Shown: positions 52,647-64,000 of the stretch, one piece after another
Layout: the number at the start of each line of letters is the position of its first letter
Numbering within the stretch: the first letter of the stretch is position 1
Source of the DNA: Leptogorgia sarmentosa
Lineage: Eukaryota
Length of the DNA stretch: 64,000 nucleotides
Reading direction: 5' to 3'
NCBI GenBank assembly: GCA_964658305.1
Contig: OZ210885.1
Coordinates: forward strand, 23,374,001 to 23,438,000
The notes under the pieces: model-generated
What the model saw: only the letters and a program-made list of their open reading frames with translations
The model's database searches: none
Told to the model about the DNA's origin: nothing
Translations under genes and position numbers: made by a program

Positions 52647-54217
52647 ACGCCCATGCAGGTGTGACATGTACAGTAGGTAACGTTAGAAGATCTTCAGAGT
52701 TTCACAAGATAATGAAGATATTTAAAAATAGTTTTGTTGAAAATTAATTCCTAATTTAGCATATATTAAATCATAATGTTCTTGATGAAGATGTGGGATC
52801 AGGTCGTTGGGTAGGAAGCAAGATGCTGGTGTAAATTCAGGAAGTGCATTTCGTGTGCAATACTGGTTGACGTGAATATATACCGATGAGACGCATGGAG
52901 AGACTTGCTCTACTCTGTCCTTGGTATATTTTCTGTGGAGCCTGGTGATAAGAACTAGGTCATATGTAAATACGCCAGAGCTAGGTTTAGAACGTGCGGG
53001 ATAGGGAGGCTGTGTGTTTCTGGCTAGTTGGAAATCGATTGTTTGTTTAGCGACGGCGCTAACGGGCGATGCCATTCCAGCTTGAAAGGTTACGCTTGTC
53101 GCTGGTACTCCAAGGTGAAAGGGAACGCTTGACTTCCATTAAATTCCAGGTTGAAGGGACAGGGTTAGGGTACCCTGTAAGGGTACACTTGATGGTACCA
53201 TTGAAGGGTGAAAGGACACGTTTGACGATGACGACATTGTAGGCTGGAAGGGTACACTTGGCGATGTCACTGAAGACAGACGAGAAACGCTCGATGGTAT
53301 AATCGATGGCCGAAAGGATGGGACACTGGTAAATGTTACTTCACGGTGAATGGCAACGCTTGTCGTAGTGACAGCATTATGGGATAACAAGTTACTTGGA
53401 AACATCGGCCTGATGTTGGCATGAGGTTGCTGATGTGCTTGTGATTGAACCACACAACTGGAAACAACAGGCAATCCTTCAGTTGGTGTTGTATTGGCGG
53501 CTCCTTTTCTCTTCCGTGTTCCAGACTTTTGTCCTTTATTCTGCGGCATGTTGAAGTTGGTGATAGTCGTCAAGTTCGGCACACGTTTCTGCCTTTTGAA
53601 CCATTCTAGAAATTCTTTCAAGTGCTCTACAGTTTCAGCTACCACTATGGTGTGTGAACACAAAGTATAAGTCGACCAATTCAGGCACGCTTTGTCACAC
53701 ATAACTTTACCGTTTGGACAAACCATTACTCTGTGCGGGTACTCGGATGATGTGCTGTGAACCATAAAGGCCGGTTTATCTGAGGTCGGGAATCTTCGAG
53801 TTAAGCCCTTTTCGAGTTAAGCCCCTGACCACGCCCTTTTCCAAAAAGGGCTTGACTCGAAGAACAAAACACGATTTGGGTTATTCGAGTTAAGCCCCGG
53901 GGCTTAACTCGAAGTTTGACAAAATTGTTGTTGCTCGAGTTAAGCCCCGACTTTTGAAGTATGTGAACGAGTGCATTATTGATTTGTTAAAAGAAAATAG
54001 TCAAACTACATAAATTTATCTCGAAAATAACTTATAAATTGCTAAGGTAACACGATTATCAAAAGCAAGCATAATTATTATATTGTTCACACTGCTCTCC
54101 ATACTTTGATGGTTAGTCCATAACAATATTTTCAATATGAAATTGATAGAATTTTAACGTTTTTAATTTTCGTCCTATTTGTTCCACTGTTCATCATAAC
54201 GATAAATCCATGTCAAG

Positions 54218-57200
54218 TTAATTTTTTATTGGAAGTCCTCGGCTTCGAAGGAGGCATATATCTTCAGATGACAGTTGCAATTGTGAATCTTGCAAGATCT
54301 CACTCGGTGGTGTTTCAATGTAACTTGCAAACGGTTTTATTGCGACCCAACGAAAGGTCTGCGCAGAAGTAAAATTGACGACTGACTGCAAACGTTTGAT
54401 TACGTGGAATGTATAGCCCATTTACAACAGTATATATTTTCCCTCCTGGCATTGTACTCTTGCAAGTACAGCAGGATGCGTTCACTCGTGTTTCACGTTT
54501 TGCCACTTTCCATACCTGCTTCGGCTCAGTAGCCTTTTTGCTTTCAAAAATTGACTCCATTTCCTCGGACGTGAGCAAAATAGTATGTGGTGTTTCCGTT
54601 GTCGATTGACCATCATTGCTAGCAGGTACCTGATGGTAGTTTCCTTCTGCAGGTGCATCCTTTAAAATCTCTTTGATTTCTGATTCGATTAAACCCACTT
54701 GCTGCAGGAGATTACTCTGTTTTGAAATTTTAAGCACGCTCGTCATTACCCAAATCATATGCTTGCATGGAATTTTCTTTTTGCCCAAGGAATGATGAGT
54801 GAAGAAGGGACAACTACAAATAGGTTTACTGCAAATGTCCACTGTGTACTCTGTGCCTGTTTTTCCTGTCAGCACAAATTTCATAGTAGTCGGGCAAATT
54901 GAAATTATCTCTAAAACTTTAAAATGCTTTCCATCTTCTTCAGCCTTTTTTAATGACTTTAAAAAAGCCATGCTCCGTGTTGGTCTATACCTATATGAAA
55001 AAATACAAAATTTTAATATATCTATTGTTTAACAGATTACTTTAATTTACCCACAGATGCTATGTAAAACATGAACTTTTCTCAATTGCCATTATTGATC
55101 TCTCGCGCAAACGTTATCACAATTCTAGATGGTATCGGCCAAAATATATCTCGTATGCTTGCCTCGTTCCTTGCCTTGCCATTTTCATAATTCCGCGTTT
55201 AAATATTATGACTGAATGGTGACTTGAACCGAACTGGTTAGAATTACATATGCATAAATTGAAGGAAAGATTTCTCGCGAATGGAAGGCAAAAAAGTTGC
55301 ACAGATAACAAATACAGGGGGTTGCCAAAAAAAAAGAGCCCCCCTATTTAAAAAGGACTTTTTGTGTAAATGTAGACGCACATGCGGTATGGATAAAGTA
55401 TATTGCCTCACAAGCATTCAACAAATAGTTCGTGCTAAAAGTGATGGGTTTTAGCCGATCTCACTGTAATCAGTGTGAAACTGTTGCCATCGAGGAAGCA
55501 AATGAGAAGAAAGGGCTAAAAAGAAGGTAGGTAGAAACCTTCAATATTGGACTCACCCCGTGCTAGACGCGAGTGCTTAGAAAGTAGCAACGAATATAGA
55601 CTCAGCTATTCTTGGGCAAAAAAAGTCGTATGAAGGAAAGTGAGAGTGCTGGATGAATACCAGGTTCTTGAACACCGCACAAGACAAGGATTCATGAAGA
55701 CAGGCTTTTGATGAGAGAGGCTGTTAAGAGATTATCAACTCTCGAATGTAAGCCCAAGTATCGCTGACCTCGCACAGCCACTAATAAAGCGCACATATAT
55801 GTAACCAAATATCAGCATGGACTAAAACGCAGCCTCTGCCAAAAATAAACCGAAAAATTTAATTCAAACAATCTTCAGTCCGATTACACCATGGAGATAA
55901 CTTAATATGGCAGCATGACAAGGACGCCCAGGAACGATTCGTATTGTGGAATATTATCTGAGGAATCAATTTTAATTGAAAATTGAAGTGTTCTTTTGCT
56001 AACACAAAGCCCAGACCTCAATCCCATTGAGAATTTGTTGCGGAGCCAGGAGAGAAGACTAGATATGAAATGTTCATCTCGAATTGGGGAGTAGTTATTT
56101 GAGGAGTCAGGGTTGGAAGAATAACAACTATGAATACGTTCATAAACTTGTCTAGAACATCCTTGGGTGCAGTCCACAGATCATCAAAAGTTGCGGATAT
56201 CATATTGCTTACCAAATGTTGTGTTCTTAGAGTGAAATAGGACTATTTCTCTGCATCTCGTTTGTCGTACAATCCTTTTTTTACGACATAAAGAATATGA
56301 TTTGTATAAACCTTGTTTATTTCTGTGTGAGACAAGGGGGCTCTTTTTTTTTATTTGGCAACCCCCTGTATATAGCTTATATACCGTTGTTCACGCTCAT
56401 TTCTCCCACTTGTCCGCTTTCTTTTTCGCCTAGCATCAGTGTCGTTTTCAGAAGAACTTCCTGATATTTCCCATACTTGTGCCATGCTATCAGATAACTC
56501 TTCATCAAGTATCACCTCAGCATACTCTTTGGCCCGTTGAGATTGCGCTGTAAAGTCTCTTTTACGACGTTTTTTTTCGGATGGACCTGACCCCTGGCAT
56601 TTAATGCCTTGACTAAAGACACAAGGCTATCACAACGTCTTTGTATGCAGCATCTATGATTTCGAGACACAAGGCTATCACAACGTCTTTGTATGCAGCA
56701 TCTATGAGTTTAAGACCCTTGGATCCAGTTGTGACATAGCTAGAATGATAAGCTTCTGATAGATTTACTGGAGCTGCACCGAATGGTTTAAATGTGTTTG
56801 CGAAGTGTTCCTTCCTTTCGTTCCACCATTCAAGCCAGCTGGTCAAGAACCCACGCTTTTCTGGCTTCTTTTCGATGAAATTTTTTAGCCCAAGATATGC
56901 CTCATCATAATTTTTAACTGTAACAGATGATAACAGCTTGTTTGCAAGCACTTTGAATTGTGTCTGCGATTTCGCACTGCCCACATGTCTAGCGTGACGG
57001 ACAATCGATTGTTTAAAATGAAATCCACAACTTACAGTTCTCACATTAACAGCTTCTTCACCATAAACTGCTCTAATGGACGCCCAACATCCACCATGTT
57101 CATCAACCGCCCATCCTACAGGATTGAACTTGTACCCCTTCTTGCCAGTAAAGGTTTCAAGAACCTTGTTCTAAAGTCACCAGAATATAGTCATTGTCTC

Positions 57201-58458
57201 AGTTGATTCACTTTCGCATTCCATTGTGGCAATTTTGACTATTTTTTGTAGAAGATCTACGTACACATGTGCTCCAAGGGTAACAAACCCAGGGCATCGT
57301 TTAAATGTTCTGTCAAGAAAGCAGTATTCGTCAGATAAGAAATCGTTGCTTTCCCGATCCATAGCAACAGCCAGTTGAGCTTGTATTTTGCTTGTTTTAA
57401 AAACATACGATGGTTCGCCATTAAGGTTGCGATTATTTACTGTATAAATAAGGAAGGGGTCTTTATCAAACAATCTCCTCCTTAGCTTGCCAACAGCTTC
57501 AAAACTATGGCCACATGGATGTGATTCGTTTTCAGTTTTCTTTTTGCAGTAGCGCACACGTTCCTCTTCGATTACGGAATCTACAGTATTTTAAACATCC
57601 TCCCATGATGTCTTAGTTGACGAGAGCTTCAATAATAATATCGTCTGCAGCTTGTCTGGAAGTTGTCTTTGAATTTGCTTCAAATTTTATTTTCAGTTTT
57701 TCCTCGCTCAAGTTTACAGTTTTCCTCGCTTCACAAGCGTGAATACCATTGTGATAAACTGTCACATAATTTTCTTCCTTCTCGAATTCCCATATCTTTT
57801 GAGCATTGCAAAATATCTTTTCTGCGTGCTTACCACAGCTGCTGCATGACGTTACTCCACTTTCATCATCTTCAAATTGGAGTCTGTTTTTCTTTTGATA
57901 CACCAAGAGAAATGTACAATTTGAGTTTTCACACCTGTATCCTCCGTTGCAGTGTGCGCTTCGTCTAATTCCTTTGAACCCTTTTCTGTTTGACGTTACC
58001 CATGTAGCCCAATGTCTGCCATCCTTACTACTTTGCATTCTTTGTTTTGGATTAAAAGCCAAACGGTAAGCCACAAGCCCATCAATGTCATATGGTAGAT
58101 GTTGTACATTTATTATATCTACACCGTGCCATAACGCAGATTTACTTTTTCGACAATTTGGGTTATTTGATTTCCGATGAGTTCTTCTGCTAGAACCAAT
58201 TTCAGAATAATCGTCACTGGAGTATTCTGTCAGGGGCTGCCCATTGGCTGACATGTGGCTGTCGCATAAGGATGAGTGATCAGAACTGTCGCTGATTATC
58301 TGAATAGTTTCTGGCGATATTGTGATTTCTTCAGATTTAATATGTTGTTCTTCTGCATTACAAATGGCATTAACTAGCTCTCTCTTTTCAATGCAATGAT
58401 TAGTATTTACAGCCTTTTCCATCGCGATGCGTCGAAGTTCTTTTACCGATTTTTTCAT
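54218..58458 (-). pseudogene. Spliced MULE transposase (GCM-like N-terminus, DDE core, SWIM, C-terminal Cys finger), disrupted
   Basis: KDGRHW..CNGGYRC..C..C..C..HNGIHAC; YCFLDRTFKRC; SCGFHFKQS; NLSEAYHS; CSCPF..PCKHMIWV; splice acceptor at ~54992 (tag|gYRPTRS). Confidence 0.8.
55315..56368 (+). mobile_element. Deleted Tc1 derivative inside a MULE intron
   Basis: TA|CAGGGGGTTGCCAAA...TTTGGCAACCCCCTG|TA; residual QSPDLNPIENL at ~56005-56040. Confidence 0.85.
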
Positions 58459-58928
58459 TAACTCGGTGAATTGTAAAGTGGAAACTAAAATGTTAACAAC
58501 AAAAAGCTATTATAAATTAAAATTTGCAAGAATAGCGCACTGTAAAGATGCAACCAACAACCTGATGATTACCTTCGAATGAAACAGGTTGTAGGTCGTC
58601 GTCGAGTTGGTCGCGTTGTAGATCTTAAGGTCCCTATTATTTTGCATCGAAACTTCATGCACAATTTTACTAAATTTAGGATGCTCTTTTCAGCTGTGCT
58701 AATGACTAGTAATTAATTTTCGAAATTTAAAAGTTTGTCTAATTAGGCAATGGTTCATCAAAAAGCAGGACAGCATCAAATATTATACAAGGATTTCCAG
58801 TTCCTTTCGCGTGAATAAAGAATAAGGTTGAACACGATATCAAGACTTGTGGGCCATCAGCCTCATCTTTATAATTATTTCTCTCGAAATTAAAAACTGT
58901 AACTTGACGCATTACATTAGATACTCAC

Positions 58929-60500
58929 AAATCACAATAAGCTGTTTCTAAACATTCTTGATAATGAATACTCTCTTCGACAACTTGAAGCAGATCTTGC
59001 CACAGGTTTTCGATATTTGATGGTATTACAAAAATATCATCTGGCTGCTGTGCCCAAAATACACCATCATTATAATCTTTAATGAATCTCTGCAAGGTCT
59101 TTAGTTTTTCACTCATAGAATTCAGCTCAAAGATGTTCATCATCAATAGCCTGTCCCAACTTTCTAATGCTTCCTCAAAATGTTTTAAAAGATTCCAATA
59201 CCCATAATTCTATAAAACAAAATATACATATTATTCCATAAAAATAATTTGATTCATAGATTATAAATACTGAATCGCGCTATATGTGTGAAAAATTATA
59301 AAGAAAAAATATCTTGATATGCATGTTAGCCAGAACAAATATAAAACATTGTTTTTACGACTAGAACAATTATTATTATCTCTTTGCCAACGAATACAAC
59401 GACCAACCCTAAAAATTTTCATTACAAGCCTTTTTATACCTTTTCATTTCTAAATTCCTAACACGTGATTACTAATTGTTCGTCCAAACTATCTATTTTG
59501 TTTTATTCCCTAAATAATCGTCAAGTGCACTTATCGTGTCCTCTACTCAATATTCCCTTTTGAACAATGCATGTTTACAACAATTTAGTTCTTTATCTGA
59601 AAGAGCTTTCAAAATAATGGGAACAGGCCCGTTGCATCTTTTCGTATTGAGTTTAAAGGACATTGGAAGTATTTTTTCAACTCTCTCAATTTGAAAGAGT
59701 ATGGAAAAATAAGCTGATTAGCCGTTTATACTGTAATACACTCTCTTTTAGCTGTGAAGTTATTCGCAAAAATTTGCAAAATATAAACTGCTGACTCAGC
59801 ACAACTTGTGACGCCAAGCTGGGCAAGTATGTTTATTGAATACAGAACTGAGCATAAGTCAGCTATTATTACCTCAGACCCGACGAAGTTTTGCATACAG
59901 GTATAACATAACAAGACGCATTAAAAACATTTCTAGTTTTGTCTCTAGGGTAATACTGTCGTTGCTAGGACCCCAGCACAATTTTTATAGCAGTCGTATA
60001 CTGGATACTGATTGGAGTAACATTTCAACTCTGCCCTTTTGCAAATCTGATTTTTCATGAAATTTTAAAAATGCATCGAAAATTTTCACATTTCATTGCA
60101 AACGTACAGATAGAATTACCTGATCAGAGTGCCGGAATACTTGTCCGTACTCCTTGATGACGAACGAGGCTATATCCTTCTCTGCTTCGCTTAGGTTTTG
60201 AGTCTTGTCAGGGTGGTACTTTACAAGCCACCTTCTATTTTACGCAAAATATAGAAATAGTTTGATTTTGGGGGTTTGATCTATTTAAAAGTGAGTCATG
60301 GTGCACCCAACAAGAATCTTTATAATATACATAGCTTAAAACTATAACAAATTAAAAGAGAAATACAAAAAACAAGAAATACTTGGAACTTACTTGTAAA
60401 TCTTCTCGGGTTCTTTTCTTTCTACAGATTTCCATTCATGGCCTGAAAGCCGACACACTTCTGATATTGGGCGTAAGCAGCGAAAAAATTTTTCACACAT
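58929..60500 (-). pseudogene. Multi-exon J-domain (HPD) gene inside the MULE
   Basis: Exon 60500-60394 plus exon 60234-60120 (GT-AG, phase-compatible) give MCEKFFRCLRPISEVCRLSGHEWKSVERKEPEKIYKRWLVKYHPDKTQNLSEAEKDIASFVIKEYGQVF; later putative exons are partly decayed; 59209-58929 is open. Confidence 0.62.
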
Positions 60501-63220
60501 TTCTCAATTAAAAATCAACGAGTTGTTTAAGAACTCCAACTCAAAACGATCCACAACTACGTAAATAGACTTGTAAAGAAATTCAAAACACTTCTGTTGA
60601 TAAAAGGGAACACTTGCCGAACGAATACACAAGTTGAATGGTTGTTTTTAACGAAATTGTGACGTAGTACATGCAACAAAATATCACAGGGGAAAAAATG
60701 TTACAATTGGGTATTTTACTCAAATGTAACAATTTCTTCCCGTGATATTTGTCAAGCGGACAAATCAATAATGCACTCGTTCACATACTTCAAAAGTCGG
60801 GGCTTAACACAAGCAACAACAATTTTGTCAAACTTCGAGTTAAGCCCTTTTTTGAAAAGGGCGTGGCCGGGGATAAAAAGGGCGTGGCCAGGGGCTTAAC
60901 TCTAAGATTCCCGACCTCGTTTATCTTGGGTGTCTTTCGTCGGCATCATCCAGATATGGGAATGGTTGTTCACCAATGTGGCAGCTTTGTCAAAAATTCG
61001 AGTGAGTATGGGAAATGGAATGTCGATAATCCCGGATTCTTCTGGACTTATTGACAGGGTCTTCATTTCTTCTGGTGGCTTGGTACGGACATTAGGTGTT
61101 TCCGTTACCTTTATGGAAAAGAAATTCCTTCGCAGGGATGTTTTCTGGCCATCAGTCATTGAGTAGAAGTTATGTTCTTTAACTTGCAGGAATGAGAATT
61201 CTTCGGTGAGCCTGTATTGACCTCTTCCAATTACCGCAAGAAACTGTTCATCTTGTTGGCATTTGATTTAATTCCTTACTCTCTCCACATAAGGAAGCAG
61301 CAAACTTTCTTTCTTTGAATAGCTTGAATTCTCTTGCGCCTTGATGAGCCTATTCATGCATTCATTGGCATTCTGAGTGTAAACCTTAGGAAGGTATCCA
61401 AGACCACACACAGATCGAATGTCAGCTCTAGCTGCTTCTCGGATGACATCAGCCTTCTCCTTGAGAAAGTATTCCACAAACTTTCCACCGTGATTGTGCA
61501 GAGTATTCCATTTCTCGACCATTACCGTGAGAGCCGTGTCAAATTCTTGAGACGATGTGCAGTGGACTAAGCCACCCTTGATCCCACCGTCCAATTTCTT
61601 ACCGAATATGTCGTACATTATCTCTGCAGCAACTGCTCCTGTGATTCCAATCTCACTTAGCTTTCGCTTTACGTTGTCCCTCATATGGATGTCGCAATGC
61701 AGATGCTTGGCATTTGGATATGCATCTGAAAAGGCTTTGGCCATGTTTTCTTCCCCGTCAGTTCCATATACGAGAATTCCGCTTGTTCCAGGGCAGTATT
61801 TGGACATCAACAATGGTAGTGTCTTGTACGATGTGTACAGTTTTTGCTTGTGGAAAATTCCAGGAGCAATGAAAACAGGATGGTGTCCCTTTTCAGTTGT
61901 CAGCATCAGATTCCTGTATGTGGTAAAGGTGAAGAAGAAACCGGCAATTTGGAAAGTAGCGTCCACACCAACAACGCAAAACTTCGCCGGGTTGGTACAA
62001 AATCGTTCAATGTCTCTCAGTTGTTGTTCAGAAGCAAGGAAAACAATCGGCTCTGGAAACAACGGAATCTCCCTAATGAACACATTTTCAACCCGTCCTC
62101 TTTCGCCTTCGTGACAACTTGCAACAATGGGTCATGGGTTGGTACTGTTGTCTTGGACCTCTGTATCTTTAGTCTCCTATTGACATTATAAACCTGGTTG
62201 CGATTGCGAGGAAATTCACCAGACTGCCTGATATTCTGTATACCACCCCTCTCCTTAATAATTTCATGGGATGCCTCTCGTGGTGGAAACTGCAACAGCT
62301 TTTCCGCAATCAGATCTTTCGTGCTTTTCATCGTCCTCTTATATCCCGTTTTTCCCAAAGCTTTTTTTACTGTTCCCATGAGCTTTAACGTGAACCTCTT
62401 GTTCTCATTCTTCAAAAATGTACTGAATGAAGCATAAATCTTCGGGGACACTGGAAATCATATTTCGGGCCATGATAATAATTTTCCGAAGTGATGGCAA
62501 ACTTTTGTTTTTAAAGAATTGACGGCTGAGTTCGTATTGAGGATTGTCAGCCAAATCATCTTCCCGGTGTACCGCTCCCGTGTCGTCTAATGAGTAACCA
62601 AACTTTTTGGTTCTGGTATAATGCCATGCACCAAGATCGTCACACTGAACATCTTGATCATGATGAAGCTTGGTTGTATCAATAATGAACGAAGTGTTTT
62701 TACTCACGTTTGTTGGAACTTTTGTGGCTACCCTGGCTTCATCAACATTCCCTCCCAGAAGTATTGTTGCTATTTCATCTGTCGATACGACTTTTGATAG
62801 TCCCCACCGGTATACAGGAAGGGCAGGATCATCGTCATACAGCTGTGGTGCTGTGATACCCACATCGTATGAATCGTCGTTTTCATCTCCACTCGATCCA
62901 TAAATCAAATCTTCGTACGGGCTGGCAGTTTTTCTTAACATGCAAGTTTAACTCAACAAGCTCTGTTTTGCTAAGCATATACACACTGTGCACACACAAG
63001 TAATCTTTGTACAGTTGTCAAGTTTGCCACGAAGGCCATGTACAACAACAAACAAAACATTATCCAACATAGTTTTTAAACGGGGCCAACATTAATATGA
63101 ATCATCATGCTTTGAACAGAGATGACGGCAGTTATTTACCACAGGAGTATCTCCATTAGATGACGTTGTTGGCAGATGATGTCATCTCTTGAGTATATAA
63201 GAAGCTGCGTTGTAACCTTA

Positions 63221-63268
63221 GATCACCCGTGATGAAGACACTAGACCTGAGTGTCGAAACGTTGGATC
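63221..63268 (+). ncRNA. Hammerhead-like motif in a probable solo PLE pLTR
   Basis: gatcaccc-GTGATGA-agacac-tagacctga-gtgtc-GAAAC-GTT-ggatc; TATA-like gagtatataag about 30 nt upstream; first core base is non-consensus. Confidence 0.55.
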
Positions 63269-63461
63269 GTGAATACACCTCGAGGAAGCTCTGTATTCAA
63301 TTATACAGACCAGAGCAGCCAGCAAGATGAGTGATATTATACCTAGTTGCCTTGAACGAACTAACTTTAGGACATAATATTAATTCCGTCCCCCCCCCCC
63401 TCCCCCTAATTACTGGTTTAGCTTCTCCCCTGCCTTATTAGGGAATATATCTCATATATAC

Positions 63462-63647
63462 CTTCCAGACTGTCTTCCTGAACTTGATCGTGTACAGGTG
63501 AACTTGATTCTGATCTGCTCCTCCGTTCCTCCTTCACAAATATCAAACCAACATCCTCCACACCAGGTTTTACACATACGATCTCAAGACCATCTGTTTC
63601 GAGAAGTTTTTTTCGCTTTTTTTGGAAACCATGTTTTTCAATATATT
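63462..63647 (-). CDS. Possible internal exon of an unidentified gene continuing beyond the window
   Basis: ttttcag| acceptor, open frame (YIEKHGFQKKRKKLLETDGLE...DSLE), |gtatat donor; no family recognised. Confidence 0.3.
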
Positions 63648-64000
63648 CTGAAAATTTAAGAAAACTGTATTTATTGGCATGCCAGAAACACACCCAATTA
63701 TGAGTGAAGTGCACTAAGATGTTATATATATGCTATTTACTGTAGGTTATAGGAAATTGTGTAAGCCTTTTCCAGGTATCTATGCATGGAAAACCTCGCT
63801 TATAAAATGGCCTGTTTCCGCAATATAGAAGCATGTTCAAATGTGCACAAAATTCACGAACGACTACTATACTTAGGATTGATCTAGAGCAAGAAATGTG
63901 TTGCTAAATAGCTCTTGGCTTTTTATACACCCTGTGGCATAGATCAATAACTGGGGAGGATTTATGATTCACATTTACATGTATGTGTAATACCTTGTCC

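Larger units (their letters stand above)
53782..60918 (-). mobile_element. Full-length Mutator-like element (7137 bp)
   Basis: 8-bp TSD GTTTATCT (53774-53781, 60919-60926); termini GAGGTCGGGAATCTT; ~160-205-bp TIRs rich in CGAGTTAAGCCCC repeats. Confidence 0.93.
52722..62941 (-). pseudogene. MULE-like transposase (host element) split by the 53782-60918 insertion
   Basis: VGVDATF, YGTDGEENM..AF...HLHCDIHMRDN, TQNANECMN, SWIM-like CDKAC..TLCSH; removing the insertion and one TSD restores KDTQDK-PAFMVHSTS in frame. Confidence 0.8.

Noticed and set aside
53782..60918. Sola3 assignment (GAG..CTC termini, TTAA motifs)
   Set aside because: The TTAA motifs are internal to the TIR; the real TSD is 8 bp and the protein has MULE/SWIM motifs.

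Overview
Eukaryotic, AT-rich window made almost entirely of nested and mostly decayed transposable elements. The organism is probably an anthozoan cnidarian; this is an inference from the TE mix and the CAACCTCGTTCCCAGGG palindrome. There are no prokaryotic features, CRISPR arrays, rRNA or tRNA. DNA elements: Tc1/mariner-type MITEs, a Harbinger element, two hAT transposase relics, three Helitron/Helentron relics, an ISL2EU/Kolobok-like deletion derivative, and a 7.1-kb Mutator-like element (8-bp TSD) nested in another MULE-like transposase. Retroelements: three tyrosine-recombinase (DIRS/Ngaro) fragments, Penelope-like elements (PLEs) with hammerhead ribozymes, a nearly intact Gypsy element (5-bp TSD) and a LINE 3' end. 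The most unusual observations are: (1) a spliced HPD-motif J-domain gene inside the MULE TIRs; (2) a PLE with no visible endonuclease, ~250-bp inverted termini and an intact hammerhead, inserted in exon 1 of a zinc-ribbon/UIM/HECT-like gene; (3) an in-frame hAT transposase::GIY-YIG fusion; (4) a spliced DIRS-type gag whose intron holds a minisatellite. All calls were made by eye from motifs. No searches were run, and boundaries without a TSD are approximate.
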